IMG/VR virus record: IMGVR_UViG_3300047472_000134
Span: 17,517 to 81,516 of that record
DNA: 64,000 nt
Reading direction: 5' to 3' (one strand)
From: a virus
The notes under the pieces were generated by a model. The model had not been told where the DNA came from and made no database searches. It saw only the letters and a list, made by a program, of their open reading frames with translations. The translations under genes and the position numbers were made by a program. The stretch's first letter is position 1. Every line of letters begins with the position of its first letter. Of the stretch, positions 54,992-64,000 are shown piece by piece.

Positions 54992-55368
54992 GGCTGGGTC
55001 AGGATCTCCAGCTGGAATGGTTCAACTGTTCCTTTACCGTCCTCGGCAAGTGCGTAGTCGAGGGGTTTGGAAAAGCGGACGATCATTGTGCCATGACCAG
55101 GGAGGGGAAGCTTGAAACGCTTCCACAAGCGGTGGCGTTGATAGAACTTCTCAAGGCGATTGATATTGATCTCGGGCCTCACTGAGGGAATAACCCGCCC
55201 AGCTTCATCCGTGAAGAACACCATCGTTTTGAATTTCAGTGTATAGGTGACCTGATCAGGCCCTTTAGGTGCAGTGGTGAATTCCCAGCCCCTTCCAAAC
55301 TTCACGCCCGCAGACGATTCTGGGTATTTAACGGCCCAGGTGAAGTAGGGGAAATCAAACGTTTCCAT
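54988..55368 (-). CDS. Distal tail protein (gpM-like)
   Basis: METFDFP, VKFG.G.E, LEKFY..H...K.F; position. Confidence 0.75.
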   Translation of the reverse strand: METFDFPYFTWAVKYPESSAGVKFGRGWEFTTAPKGPDQVTYTLKFKTMVFFTDEAGRVIPSVRPEININRLEKFYQRHRLWKRFKLPLPGHGTMIVRFSKPLDYALAEDGKGTVEPFQLEILTQP

Positions 55369-56027
55369 CCCGGCTGATATGGGTTTGATTCCAGCACGTT
55401 ACAAGGGTTTGCGGGCTGCTCCACTTCTAAGGATAAATCTTGTTTATTCGTGGTCGTGACATTTTTCGACCCACCCCTGCCCCAGATCCAGGCGAGCCAT
55501 TCCTTGCAGGTGATACGGACGACGTTGAGCTTGTTTCGATCGTAGGCCAAGCGCTCGCGGTGGACGTTGATCAGGCCCAGATCCTCAGCCTTCTTGCAGG
55601 TTTTCTGAACCATTGAGCGGCAGACACCAGCGATGCTCGCGATCATGTCGACCGGCAGGTTCATACGGCTCTTCTTCCGGACTTCATCCGCGATCACGCT
55701 CAGGACGGCCAGCTCACCAGTCGTGAATTGGGCGGCGACCGAGGGGCTGATTGGCGCGAAGGCTGCACGACGACGACGACGGGCGATCGACGCGGCACGG
55801 TCCTGGGATTTGATCGCCTTCCGACGACGGAAGAAGTCCCGGCGTTTCCAGTTTGGTGCCCTTCTCGCTTGGTCAATCGCGTCGAACCAAAGGGTGGCCA
55901 TCTCATCTGACAGGTTCCCGCCAGCCCATTGTGTGGTGATCATGCGGTATAAGTTGTCGAGCTGGTTAGGTTGTAGGCTTTTGAGATAAACGATTTCTGG
56001 TTGTATTAAATGTTGGAGTGCAACCAT
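55302..56027 (-). CDS. Winged-HTH protein, candidate plasmid replication initiator
   Basis: IASIAGVCRSMVQK...AEDLGLI.V HTH with NVVRI wing; Arg-rich; ctRNA-like unit upstream; start uncertain (up to 56075). Confidence 0.6.
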   Translation of the reverse strand: MVALQHLIQPEIVYLKSLQPNQLDNLYRMITTQWAGGNLSDEMATLWFDAIDQARRAPNWKRRDFFRRRKAIKSQDRAASIARRRRRAAFAPISPSVAAQFTTGELAVLSVIADEVRKKSRMNLPVDMIASIAGVCRSMVQKTCKKAEDLGLINVHRERLAYDRNKLNVVRITCKEWLAWIWGRGGSKNVTTTNKQDLSLEVEQPANPCNVLESNPYQPGWKRLISPTSPGPLNTQNRLRA

Positions 56028-56083
56028 TCGGGTCGGTCCCTCTAAGACGCAGCTTGCCATTTCGAAAATCGCCAAATTTCCGA

Positions 56084-56190
56084 TTGACTTCTGATTCGTT
56101 TTATGAGAGCTTCAGACCTGTTGAAGGGCTTCTCTGAAGCTCGCTGGATATTCAAAAGCACTGAGGCGCCAACCTCGGTGCTTTTTCGTT
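56084..56190 (+). ncRNA. ctRNA-like antisense RNA with promoter and terminator
   Basis: TTGACT-TCTGATTCG promoter; GAGCTTCAGA/TCTGAAGCTC inverted repeat; AAAAGCACTGAGG-CGCCAA-CCTCGGTGCTTTT terminator; antisense to the wHTH leader. Confidence 0.6.
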
Positions 56191-56274
56191 TCTGCAGGAA
56201 TTGTTAACGCAAGAGTGATTCCTTTCGGCCAAATGATGTGGCATCTTGAACGAGTCGCTGAGTCGTGACAAGAA

Positions 56275-56295
56275 GGTACTCACCCCGTTAGTACC
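56275..56295. promoter_or_regulatory. Inverted repeat, probable RHH operator
   Basis: GGTACT-N9-AGTACC, 13 bp upstream of the RHH ATG. Confidence 0.5.
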
Positions 56296-56308
56296 GCGGA
56301 GTTAGTTA

Positions 56309-56488
56309 ATGAAAGCCAAAGACGCTGTTTTGACGATCAAGATTGAGCAGGAGCTTCGCGAAGCTTTCGCAGCTGAAGCTGCAGCTCAGGATCGTCCAGT
56401 CTCAAGTGTTCTTCGGGAATTGATGCGCGACTATCTGAGCCGTCGTCGGCCGATGGCTGAGATGCGTCACGATCAGCAAAGCGCCTGA
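56309..56488 (+). CDS. 59-aa RHH (CopG/antitoxin-like) protein (not in ORF track)
   Basis: MKAKDAVLTIKIEQELREAFAAEAAAQDRPVSSVLRELMRDYL...; GGAG RBS. Confidence 0.75.
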   Translation: MKAKDAVLTIKIEQELREAFAAEAAAQDRPVSSVLRELMRDYLSRRRPMAEMRHDQQSA

Positions 56489-56517
56489 GCAACTTACCCC
56501 CGTATAAAGATTTCTCG

Positions 56518-56922
56518 ATGCCCAAAATATTGAGTGGAGACTACAAGGGAACTGCCATCTGGCAGACCACTTTTCCTTGGTTCGGCAAACAGGCGAAATA
56601 TTTCAAGGGCGTCATGATTGCTGACCCCACCAAAGGCAAGATCTACACGAAGGACGAGATCGTCCGCGTGAAGGAACTAGGCGCCGCCACAGACTTCAAC
56701 GCCAGTCAGGGTTTTGGCGCCGCTGTCGGCGGTGCGATGCTTGCTGGACCAGTTGGAGCCTTGGCTGCTCTGGGAGCTCGCAAGAAGTCGTTTACCTACG
56801 GGATTGAGTTCACGGATGGAATGAAGATCGTCGTTCGTGAAGAGAACCCGGATAGCTACAAGGACTTCGGAATTTTCAAGAACTATGTCGAGCAGAAAGG
56901 CCTGCTCGACATTCAGTTCTAG
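56518..56922 (+). CDS. Glycine-zipper hypothetical protein
   Basis: GAAVGGAMLAGPVGALAALG; convergent with the tape measure gene. Confidence 0.7.
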   Translation: MPKILSGDYKGTAIWQTTFPWFGKQAKYFKGVMIADPTKGKIYTKDEIVRVKELGAATDFNASQGFGAAVGGAMLAGPVGALAALGARKKSFTYGIEFTDGMKIVVREENPDSYKDFGIFKNYVEQKGLLDIQF

Positions 56923-59900
56923 CCACCCATCTGAACCTGCTGGATCAGCTTCTTGAGCGTACCACGGCGCTGGATGTTGTCCGCTACGTGGGCAACGACA
57001 TCGTTCGGCCCCATCTGCGGCTGCTGATCCGGCGACACGATCCAGACGTTTACGACGCCTGAGCCCTGCTGCTGGTTGTCGTTGGCTACGCGGCCGGCCA
57101 GCTGTCCTTCCGAGATTTGACGGTTGCCCAGGTTGTTCATCTGGGTCAGCTTGTCTTCACCGATCATGGACACGGCCGACTGCCGCAGGACCATCTCGCC
57201 AGGCATCAGCTTGTAGTTTCCACCGTCACGGAACGGTGAAACCTTCGTGCCATTCGCAGCTCGGTTCATACCCCCGTTGGCCTTGCCTCCGACGACGCCA
57301 AGCAGCATCTTGCCGAAGTCACCGAAGATACCCGAGCTGCCGGTCTTGCTGTCACCGCCGCCAAACAGCGACATGATGATCTGGTTGGCGAGAGCCTTGG
57401 CAATGATCTGGATAAACATCTGCAGAATCGTCTGACCGAGCTGCTTGAAAGCCTCGCCGGCCGACATGGTGCCCGACGCGATGTTGGTGAAGAACTGCGA
57501 GAAGCCCGAGGACAGGCCGTCGAGCACTTCACCCCAGGTCGTCTCGAACTGCTTCGCCAGCGGGATCATCTGGTTGTTGGCGTCGATGATGCCGTTCTGC
57601 TGCGCCCAGGCGTTGGTGGCCGATTGGATGGCGCTGCTGACGGACGGACCCTGATTGGCCTTCGCGGCGTCGAGGAGGTTGTTGGTCTCCTTCAGCTCAT
57701 TGTTCTTTTTGAGGAGGTCGTTCTCCATGGTCTTGAGCTGGAGAATTTCCGTGTCACGGGAGCCGTCAGGGTTGTTCGCTTCAGCCTCTGCGGCCATCCG
57801 GCGAACTTCAGCGATCTCCTTTTCGATCAGCAGAACGCGGTTGGCTGCAGCCTCACGCTCGCGATCGACAACGTTCTGCTGCAGCTTTTGGATGTCGGCC
57901 TGCGTGTACTTGCTGGCCATGTCAGGCTGCTGAGCGATATCAAGAGCCGCCTTGGCGCGGTCGACTGGCTTGTTGAGTTCCTCGTCCGCTGCCTTGTAGT
58001 ATTCCTCCATTACCTTCTGGAGGTCGGAGTTCAGATTCTCACGCAGGCCGGCCTTCAGCTCCTTGAGCTTGTTGGCGTAGTCACCCGGATTTTCATCCTT
58101 GAGGGTGGCGTTCTCGGCGTCGAACTTCTTGATCTCCTGATCGAGCAGCTGGTCGTGGGCATCGTGAATCTGCTTCTGCAGATCGGTCAGGGACTTGGCG
58201 TCGTCCGTGAAGCGGACCTGGGTCTTCAGGTTGCCGATACGAGACTTGAGGTTGGTGATGGCAGCGTCGGCCTGTGCCTCGATACCCTTGTTGATGTTCT
58301 CCTTGACCTGTTTGTCGGTGTCGTCCGCGATCTTCTTGACCTCGACATCGCCCGCGGTGTCAGTGCCAGACAGGAATGCCTGAGCGCGGGACATACGCTT
58401 CCCGACATGGTTGACCGAAGGATCTTTGTTCGGGCGCTCGAACTGATCCATGAACGCCTTGGAAAGCGTCTGGGGATCTTCATCACCCGCCTTCAGGCGA
58501 GCAAACAGGTCTGGGTAGTCCCGCATAAGCTCCTTCAGTACGAAGTCGTACTGAGTGCCGATATCGTTCGAAGCCGTCCCGCGCTTGATAGCCTCCGACC
58601 GAAGCTCGTTCCAACGGGTGCCACGCCACTGAGCAACACCATGGGCAGAGCCGTGGTCACCAACAGCGTCAGGATTGAATTCAGATTCAACGGACAGGTT
58701 GGAAGCGATCGCCGCGGCGCCTGCCTTGGACAAACCCCGTTCCATGAAGTGCTTGATGGCCGACTGGGCGCTTCCAGCCATGGCCTTGCTGACGGGCTCG
58801 TTCAGATCGATGCCCTCGAGCTGAACGTCGATGTTGCCGATCTTATTGAGCTCGCCACCGAGCTGAGCAGTCAGCTCCTTGATCTTGGTGACGAGCGCGT
58901 TCATCGCGTCACTCGGCGGGGTCTTTTTCAGCTCGGCCGTCGCAGCTTCGATCTTCTCGCGAAGTGCCTTTGCCGAATCCTGAACCGCTTCCTTCTGGCG
59001 CTGGAGCGACTCCTTCTGCAGGTCGAGAGCCTTGGCATCGTTCGCACGCTGCTGCTCGGCGGTCTCGGCGGCTGCACGCTCGAGGAAGTCACTGCGTTCA
59101 TCCTGCAGCTTCTCGACAGCGTCAGTGTCCTTGTTCAGGTTCGCCAAGCGGATCAGCTCGTCATAGAAATCCACGATCTGCTTCGTGGTCGCGGCGCGGA
59201 GATCCTCGTAGCCCTTCTTCGCGGCCTCGAATGCTTCGTTGTTCCGAGCGCCTGAGATCTGGCGCTGCCAGCGGGCAAGCTCCTTATTCTGGTTCGTCTC
59301 GGCTTTTTTGACTTCCTTGGTGACGTACTTCGTCTGAGAGGTGATCGCCTTCTGGCTTGCCTCGTTCAACTTGAGCTGCAGTGCTGCGAGCGCCTGGTCG
59401 ATTCCAGACGATACAGCACTTCCGTCCAGGCCAGCCAGGTTCGGGTCGGAGGCGGACTCCTTTGCGAAGTCGTCCTTGAAGGCCTGGACCGACTTATCAC
59501 GTACCGTCTCGAGCCATTTGCGGACGGAGGCGTAGGCGGCAATCTTCTGCTCGTCGTTCATGCCGCCAGAGCTGATGCCGGCGATCCGATCGTTGAAGCC
59601 AGTCTGGATGTTCTGTGCCCGCTCTGTCAGGGCCGCATAGGACTTCGATCCCTGTACACCAGCGTTCGCCTCGTTACGCAGGATGACAGTGAGGTCGGCG
59701 GTAGCCGCCGCGGTCTTCGTCAGGTTGGCGACGATCGGATCGAGAGTCTCCTTCAGCGTCGTCAGGAAGCCGAGGTTGCCATCTGGATCGCCCTTGCGCT
59801 GAGCTACCGTGATCTGCTCATTCACGTATTTGCTGATCGACAGCGCCTGGCGGGCATCATGCACCTGGCTCAGATCACCCAACGAGATCCGCAGGGCACT

Positions 59901-62312
59901 TCCGATGTTCGTGCCGAATTTCTTGGAGATGGCATCGATCAGGTAGTTGTTCGAGGACGCTTCGACGGCGCCACCTACACCACCATTGGCCAGGTCCGCC
60001 TGCTCACGAAGATAGTTCGCCTGCGGTCCCTGGCGGTTGGTCAGCCTGTCGCGCTGTTCTTTCAGCTTGTCGATTTCAGCGCGGCGGGTCTCGGCAGCTT
60101 CTGCCAGTTCGGCCGCTCGGACACGAGAAGACGTCGAGCGGAGATCGTTCAACTCACGGATCAGGTCCGTGACCGACATGGTGTCGTCCTTGATCGACAG
60201 GCCGAGTTCGTTGAACTGAGTGCGGAGCTCGTCGATCTTTGCCTGACGGAGGAAGCCATCCTTGTTGAGCTCGTCGCGGCGATCGATCAGGCCTTGGATC
60301 GCAGTATCAAGGGAGCCGATCTTGCTTTCAGTCGCGTCCGCTGCGCCCTTGAGGTCGTTGACCTTGGACTCGAGGGCGTCGATGCTGGTCGTCAGCTCAT
60401 CCGCCCTGCCCTTCCAGGCGAAGAACGCACCAGTGGCAAGCACAACGCCGGCTACCAGCAGGCCGATCCAGTTCGAGGCCAGGACAGCCATAAGGCCAGC
60501 CAGTGCCCTGCTGAAGAAACCAAGCTCGACCGTGGCTCCAGCGACAACGGTGGAGGTCAGGGCGAACGCAGCGCTGAAGGTCGAGACCAGTGGGATCATC
60601 AGGCCGAGGCTCTTGATCAGGTTGCCGAACAGCGAAACTCCGAGCACCGTAGCGAGGACGCCAGCGACGGAACCAATACCCTGCAGGAGACCTGGAAACT
60701 GGTTAAGCCAAGAGACGATCTGTGTGGCGCCGACCATTACCTTCTGGAACACCGCCAGCAGAGGTTCAAAAGCCGTGAAGGTCGAAGCGCCCAAAGTGTT
60801 CTGAAGCGTCTGAGCCGTGTTGCTCAGCGAAGTCATCTGGATCGCGTTTGCTTCAACAGCAGCAGCCGAGAGCGTGAAGCTCCGCTGCATATCCTTGGCC
60901 AGTTCAGTGTTGTTCGCCAGAGCCAGGTAGGCTGCAGCCGAGCGGGTCTCGAGAGATTCGTAGGCTTCAGCCGCGCCGAAGCCCGCCTTCTTCAGGGTCT
61001 CGATGACAGGCAGGAAGCCCTTCGTCTTGACGTTGATATCGTCGACGGACAGGCCCGCCGCTCGCAGGGTTGCGGTCAGCTTCTTGGACGGGTCTTGCAG
61101 ATCGGTGAGCAGGGCACGGAAGCCAGTGCCCATCGTCGAGGCCTTCACACCCGACTGGGACAGAGCGCCCAGGATCGAGGTCGTCTCCTCGAGCGAGATA
61201 CCCATCGCTTCAGCAGTCGGGCCGATGTAGTTCAGCGACGTCTGGAGCTTGTCCACGGACAGCTTCGACAGGTTGAGCGCTGCGGTGAAGATGTTGGCGA
61301 CGTCGCCCGTGCGGCTCGTTTCGAGGTTGAAGGCAGTCAGGGTCGAGGTGACGACGTCAACCGCCTGGGTGAGGCTCGAGCCGGTCGCGGTTGCGAACTG
61401 AGCGATCGAGCCAAGCGACTCCGTCACCTGCTTGGTGGAGAGACCGGCCTGGGCCAGTTCAGTTGCTGCCTTGGCGATCTCGACCGTGCTGTAAGGAACG
61501 GCCTGGGCTACATTCAGCAGGTTCTGTTTGAAGGCCACCATCTCGGAGTTGGTCGCGGTCGAGATGGCCTGGAACTGATGCAGCTCCTTGTCCAGCTCGA
61601 CGATGCCAGAGCCGGCGCTCTTGATGGAGCTGAAGAGCCCACCGACTGCGGCGTAGTTCAGCATCACGCGACCCTGGATACCCATCAGGTCGGAGCCACC
61701 GTTGTAGTTCAGCTGCTCGAGGCGCTTGCGGCTAGCCAGTGCGGCCGAGCCATTCTCCCCTGCGTAGATTGTGTCGGCGCGGCGCTGGTCAGCCAGTCGG
61801 GATTTGGCCGAGAGTAAACGATCGCTGGAGTTGGCCACCTGCTGGGTGGCCGCATATTCTGCAGAGCGAATGCGGGCGTTGATCGCCTCTTCGGTCGTCT
61901 TCAGCAGGCTGACAGTCTGCTTGACGATCGCATCCTTGACGCTGGCCTTCACGGCCTCGGTCGAATTCCTGATGTCGCTGATCAGCGACTGGGCAACGGC
62001 GCGGTTGATATTGTTGGCGTCGGCCGAGCGACCGTTTACGCCCGAGGACTGGCCGACGCGACCGTAGAAGCCCCGCTCGATGGTGTCGGCCCGCGACTGA
62101 GCGCGGGCCTGCTGCGCGAGCGTTCCATCCTTGTAGAGATCGGTGATCTCCTTCAGGGCGGACTTCAGCTTCTTGACACCAGCCTCATTGACTTTGAGGG
62201 CCTGGTTGAAGTCGGCTGAGATACCGTTCAGTTGTTTACGAAGCGCCTCCAGCTCCTGTCGAGCTTCCTGAGTGTTCAGTTCGTAATCAACTTCAAAGGT
62301 ATTCTCAGCCAA
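56919..62312 (-). CDS. Tape measure protein with tail-lysozyme domain
   Basis: 1797 aa, helical; TP901-like core (ELAQAG, LSQSG...GT); NL..ES.FNP.A.GD.G..G.AQW...R...FERP. Confidence 0.93.
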   Translation of the reverse strand: MAENTFEVDYELNTQEARQELEALRKQLNGISADFNQALKVNEAGVKKLKSALKEITDLYKDGTLAQQARAQSRADTIERGFYGRVGQSSGVNGRSADANNINRAVAQSLISDIRNSTEAVKASVKDAIVKQTVSLLKTTEEAINARIRSAEYAATQQVANSSDRLLSAKSRLADQRRADTIYAGENGSAALASRKRLEQLNYNGGSDLMGIQGRVMLNYAAVGGLFSSIKSAGSGIVELDKELHQFQAISTATNSEMVAFKQNLLNVAQAVPYSTVEIAKAATELAQAGLSTKQVTESLGSIAQFATATGSSLTQAVDVVTSTLTAFNLETSRTGDVANIFTAALNLSKLSVDKLQTSLNYIGPTAEAMGISLEETTSILGALSQSGVKASTMGTGFRALLTDLQDPSKKLTATLRAAGLSVDDINVKTKGFLPVIETLKKAGFGAAEAYESLETRSAAAYLALANNTELAKDMQRSFTLSAAAVEANAIQMTSLSNTAQTLQNTLGASTFTAFEPLLAVFQKVMVGATQIVSWLNQFPGLLQGIGSVAGVLATVLGVSLFGNLIKSLGLMIPLVSTFSAAFALTSTVVAGATVELGFFSRALAGLMAVLASNWIGLLVAGVVLATGAFFAWKGRADELTTSIDALESKVNDLKGAADATESKIGSLDTAIQGLIDRRDELNKDGFLRQAKIDELRTQFNELGLSIKDDTMSVTDLIRELNDLRSTSSRVRAAELAEAAETRRAEIDKLKEQRDRLTNRQGPQANYLREQADLANGGVGGAVEASSNNYLIDAISKKFGTNIGSALRISLGDLSQVHDARQALSISKYVNEQITVAQRKGDPDGNLGFLTTLKETLDPIVANLTKTAAATADLTVILRNEANAGVQGSKSYAALTERAQNIQTGFNDRIAGISSGGMNDEQKIAAYASVRKWLETVRDKSVQAFKDDFAKESASDPNLAGLDGSAVSSGIDQALAALQLKLNEASQKAITSQTKYVTKEVKKAETNQNKELARWQRQISGARNNEAFEAAKKGYEDLRAATTKQIVDFYDELIRLANLNKDTDAVEKLQDERSDFLERAAAETAEQQRANDAKALDLQKESLQRQKEAVQDSAKALREKIEAATAELKKTPPSDAMNALVTKIKELTAQLGGELNKIGNIDVQLEGIDLNEPVSKAMAGSAQSAIKHFMERGLSKAGAAAIASNLSVESEFNPDAVGDHGSAHGVAQWRGTRWNELRSEAIKRGTASNDIGTQYDFVLKELMRDYPDLFARLKAGDEDPQTLSKAFMDQFERPNKDPSVNHVGKRMSRAQAFLSGTDTAGDVEVKKIADDTDKQVKENINKGIEAQADAAITNLKSRIGNLKTQVRFTDDAKSLTDLQKQIHDAHDQLLDQEIKKFDAENATLKDENPGDYANKLKELKAGLRENLNSDLQKVMEEYYKAADEELNKPVDRAKAALDIAQQPDMASKYTQADIQKLQQNVVDREREAAANRVLLIEKEIAEVRRMAAEAEANNPDGSRDTEILQLKTMENDLLKKNNELKETNNLLDAAKANQGPSVSSAIQSATNAWAQQNGIIDANNQMIPLAKQFETTWGEVLDGLSSGFSQFFTNIASGTMSAGEAFKQLGQTILQMFIQIIAKALANQIIMSLFGGGDSKTGSSGIFGDFGKMLLGVVGGKANGGMNRAANGTKVSPFRDGGNYKLMPGEMVLRQSAVSMIGEDKLTQMNNLGNRQISEGQLAGRVANDNQQQGSGVVNVWIVSPDQQPQMGPNDVVAHVADNIQRRGTLKKLIQQVQMGG

Positions 62313-62685
62313 GCGTGCCTCCTATTTCGGCAAATGCTTTGGCGAGCTCGTCGAAGGATTGAATCGCTTCGCTTTCGTTAGGTGCGGAGTTTCCTCCCCC
62401 TCCTCCAAGCGCTTCATCCACTACCAGGCGGAACGTCTCATATTCCTGGTAGTATCCGGCCATTCGCTCCTGGGATTTTAAGCTCACCAGGGTGGTCAGA
62501 TCCTCGAGGGAGTGTGACCAGTACACTTCCTCGAGTAGGCTGGGACGGACGCCCAGCGCCCAAATCAGGGAGTCGCGGAAGCTAAGTCCTTCAAGCCAGC
62601 CATGGAAGACTTGAGGCCCTCGAGCAGCTCCTTGTGGTTTTCGACGTGCTTGGCTGACTTTGCCAAGCGCCGCATGAAAAAACCC
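62305..62685 (-). CDS. Tail assembly chaperone extension (T segment, -1 frame)
   Basis: Overlapping -1 frame entered at G GGT TTT. Confidence 0.7.
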   Translation of the reverse strand, partial: GFFHAALGKVSQARRKPQGAARGPQVFHGWLEGLSFRDSLIWALGVRPSLLEEVYWSHSLEDLTTLVSLKSQERMAGYYQEYETFRLVVDEALGGGGGNSAPNESEAIQSFDELAKAFAEIGGTLG

Positions 62686-62972
62686 ATCAGGTGAGCTCCC
62701 GCCCAATCAAGGATGCGCTCGATGTCGTCGATCGAGATGTCGATATCGTCGATGTCTTCGACGGGCTTCAGTACCTTGCCGGTCACCTTCCGCTCAGCAA
62801 GTACAGCGGCGAGAATCTCGGCACGGAGGCCGTCGTCCAGCGACATGGCCGGCACAACTTCAGGCGAGCCGACGAGCAGAGAAAGTGCGTTCAGGAGTCC
62901 ATAGGACATGAACAGTTCACGTTCATTTCCGTCCTGGGTAATCGAGAGTTTGTCGTTGGTTTTTTCGGTCAT
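62565..62972 (-). CDS. Tail assembly chaperone (G)
   Basis: Lies between the major tail and tape measure genes. Confidence 0.8.
   Translation of the reverse strand: MTEKTNDKLSITQDGNERELFMSYGLLNALSLLVGSPEVVPAMSLDDGLRAEILAAVLAERKVTGKVLKPVEDIDDIDISIDDIERILDWAGAHLMGFFMRRLAKSAKHVENHKELLEGLKSSMAGLKDLASATP
62679..62685 (-). other. Programmed -1 frameshift slippery site GGGTTTT
   Basis: ATG GGT TTT TTC in frame 0; GGG TTT TTT CAT continues in -1 to 62305. Confidence 0.7.
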
Positions 62973-63000
62973 CAAAGATCCACTAAGTTCAAACAATTGC

Positions 63001-63025
63001 GCCCCAGTCATGTGGTGACTGGGGC
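63001..63025. terminator. Hairpin after the major tail gene
   Basis: GCCCCAGTCA-TGTGG-TGACTGGGGC. Confidence 0.5.
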
Positions 63026-63074
63026 GGATATTTGCAAGCCTCTGCGGGGCCTTAGAGGATTGTCTTAACCCGGT

Positions 63075-63875
63075 TTAGCGGGGGAAGAGAATTGCCGCGG
63101 CCGTGGCGTAGTCGGCGTAGAACGGATCGGATTCGACACCCGAGTAAGGCGTGAATTCGAAAGGCAAGTTGCCGAAGTTGTCCGTCTGGAACGCGACACC
63201 CAGACCCTTCGTGACCTTGACCTTCGGGAGGTAGATCGTGAAGGGAGCGTTATCGGCCGGCAGGAGGCCGACGATCTTCGCAGCGAACTCAGGCTGAACG
63301 TCCGAGCCACCAACGTCGATACGCTTGACCTTGCCGATACGCGAGCCTACCGGGAAGACAGACTTCGTGGACGGCTCGTGGCCAGCGGCCAGGGTGATGG
63401 TGGACTTGCCAGTCGCGAAAACGGCCGTAGCGATCTTGGCGATGTGGACCTTGTCGTCCAGGCCGTTCTGGATGAAGACGTAGTCGCCGGCGTTCAGCTT
63501 GGAACTGACGTCCGCGGTGACTTCGATCGACTTGGTGGCAGTTGCGTACGCGGCCGAGGCCAGCCAGATGTCAGTGACCGTGTCGAACTCAACGCCCGAG
63601 GCGTCCAGGCCAGCGGCGTAGCCCATGTTGCGGAGCGTGTATTCGTAGACCTCCATGGAAGCCTTCAGGCCATCGCCGTTCTTGACGGACATGACAACCG
63701 AGTTCTTCACGCCCTGAGTAAGTTCGACGAAGGTCGGGTCGGCGGTGAGCTGGAAGTTCTTCACCAGTCCGATGGAGTGCTCCTCCGGATTCAGCTTGTG
63801 AAGGTCGGCAGGTGCGCCGATCATGACGGTCGCCGTGCTGAGCAGGAATTTCTTGGTCTTAGCGTTACCCGCCAT
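63075..63875 (-). CDS. Major tail (tube) protein
   Basis: Position upstream of chaperones and tape measure gene; strong codon bias; GAGG RBS. Confidence 0.8.
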   Translation of the reverse strand: MAGNAKTKKFLLSTATVMIGAPADLHKLNPEEHSIGLVKNFQLTADPTFVELTQGVKNSVVMSVKNGDGLKASMEVYEYTLRNMGYAAGLDASGVEFDTVTDIWLASAAYATATKSIEVTADVSSKLNAGDYVFIQNGLDDKVHIAKIATAVFATGKSTITLAAGHEPSTKSVFPVGSRIGKVKRIDVGGSDVQPEFAAKIVGLLPADNAPFTIYLPKVKVTKGLGVAFQTDNFGNLPFEFTPYSGVESDPFYADYATAAAILFPR

Positions 63876-64000
63876 GGGATTTCCTCACGTTTGGGACAAT
63901 GGTTATTCCCTTGTTAAATGAGGAGAAAACCCCATATATGCTACGTTCAAAAACATTCAAAACGGTGGGAAATGCGTCGCTTATCAACCAGTCTTCCAGA

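Larger units (their letters stand above)
1..64000. mobile_element. Long-tailed dsDNA phage, probable phage-plasmid; partial genome
   Basis: Continuous phage gene order (early, replication, nucleotide metabolism on +; tail and lysis on -); parA-RHH and a Rep-like gene; no host housekeeping genes. Confidence 0.92.

Noticed and set aside
56309-56922. Classical type II TA pair (RHH antitoxin plus ParE/RelE toxin)
   Set aside because: The downstream gene has a glycine zipper and no toxin motifs I recognise; the RHH has little C-terminal extension
57624-61817. Long + strand ORFs (543 aa, 652 aa) and similar antisense ORFs elsewhere
   Set aside because: Shadow frames of GC3-biased real genes; no RBS or recognisable motifs
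63944-63958. LexA box upstream of the major tail gene
   Set aside because: GTTC-N6-ATTC has the wrong spacing and a mismatch

Overview
Most of the genome of a GC-rich (about 60% by eye) long-tailed dsDNA phage. The host is probably a Rhizobiaceae-like alphaproteobacterium, inferred from GTTC-N7-GTTC LexA boxes, a repABC-like counter-RNA promoter and GANTC clusters. The + strand (about 1.5-43.5 kb) carries many small early genes, then replication, recombination and nucleotide genes: SNF2-type helicase, SSB-like protein, 5'-3' exonuclease, family A polymerase, ligase, ThyX, resolvase, SbcCD-like pair, HD/DUF5664-like/MazG-like, NrdB/NrdA. The - strand (63.9-43.9 kb) carries a lambda-like tail module and a lysis cassette. 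Head, terminase, primase and integrase genes were not recognised in the window. Highlights: (1) evidence for a phage-plasmid lifestyle split over two islands, a parA-RHH-HEPN operon bracketed by 10-bp-phased repeats and a Rep-like wHTH gene with a ctRNA-like antisense unit inside the tail operon; (2) a palindromic operator, GAGTA-N5-TACTC, at seven sites heading the lytic modules, three of them joined to terminators; (3) small genes and RNAs missing from the ORF track, including CTG-start genes, two RHH genes and a four-way-junction RNA with a 29-aa peptide; (4) accessory cargo: RtcB, a TAXI-like binding protein with TerB, a Rap1a-like protein and four paralogous early genes. All family calls come from motif recognition by eye, not database searches.
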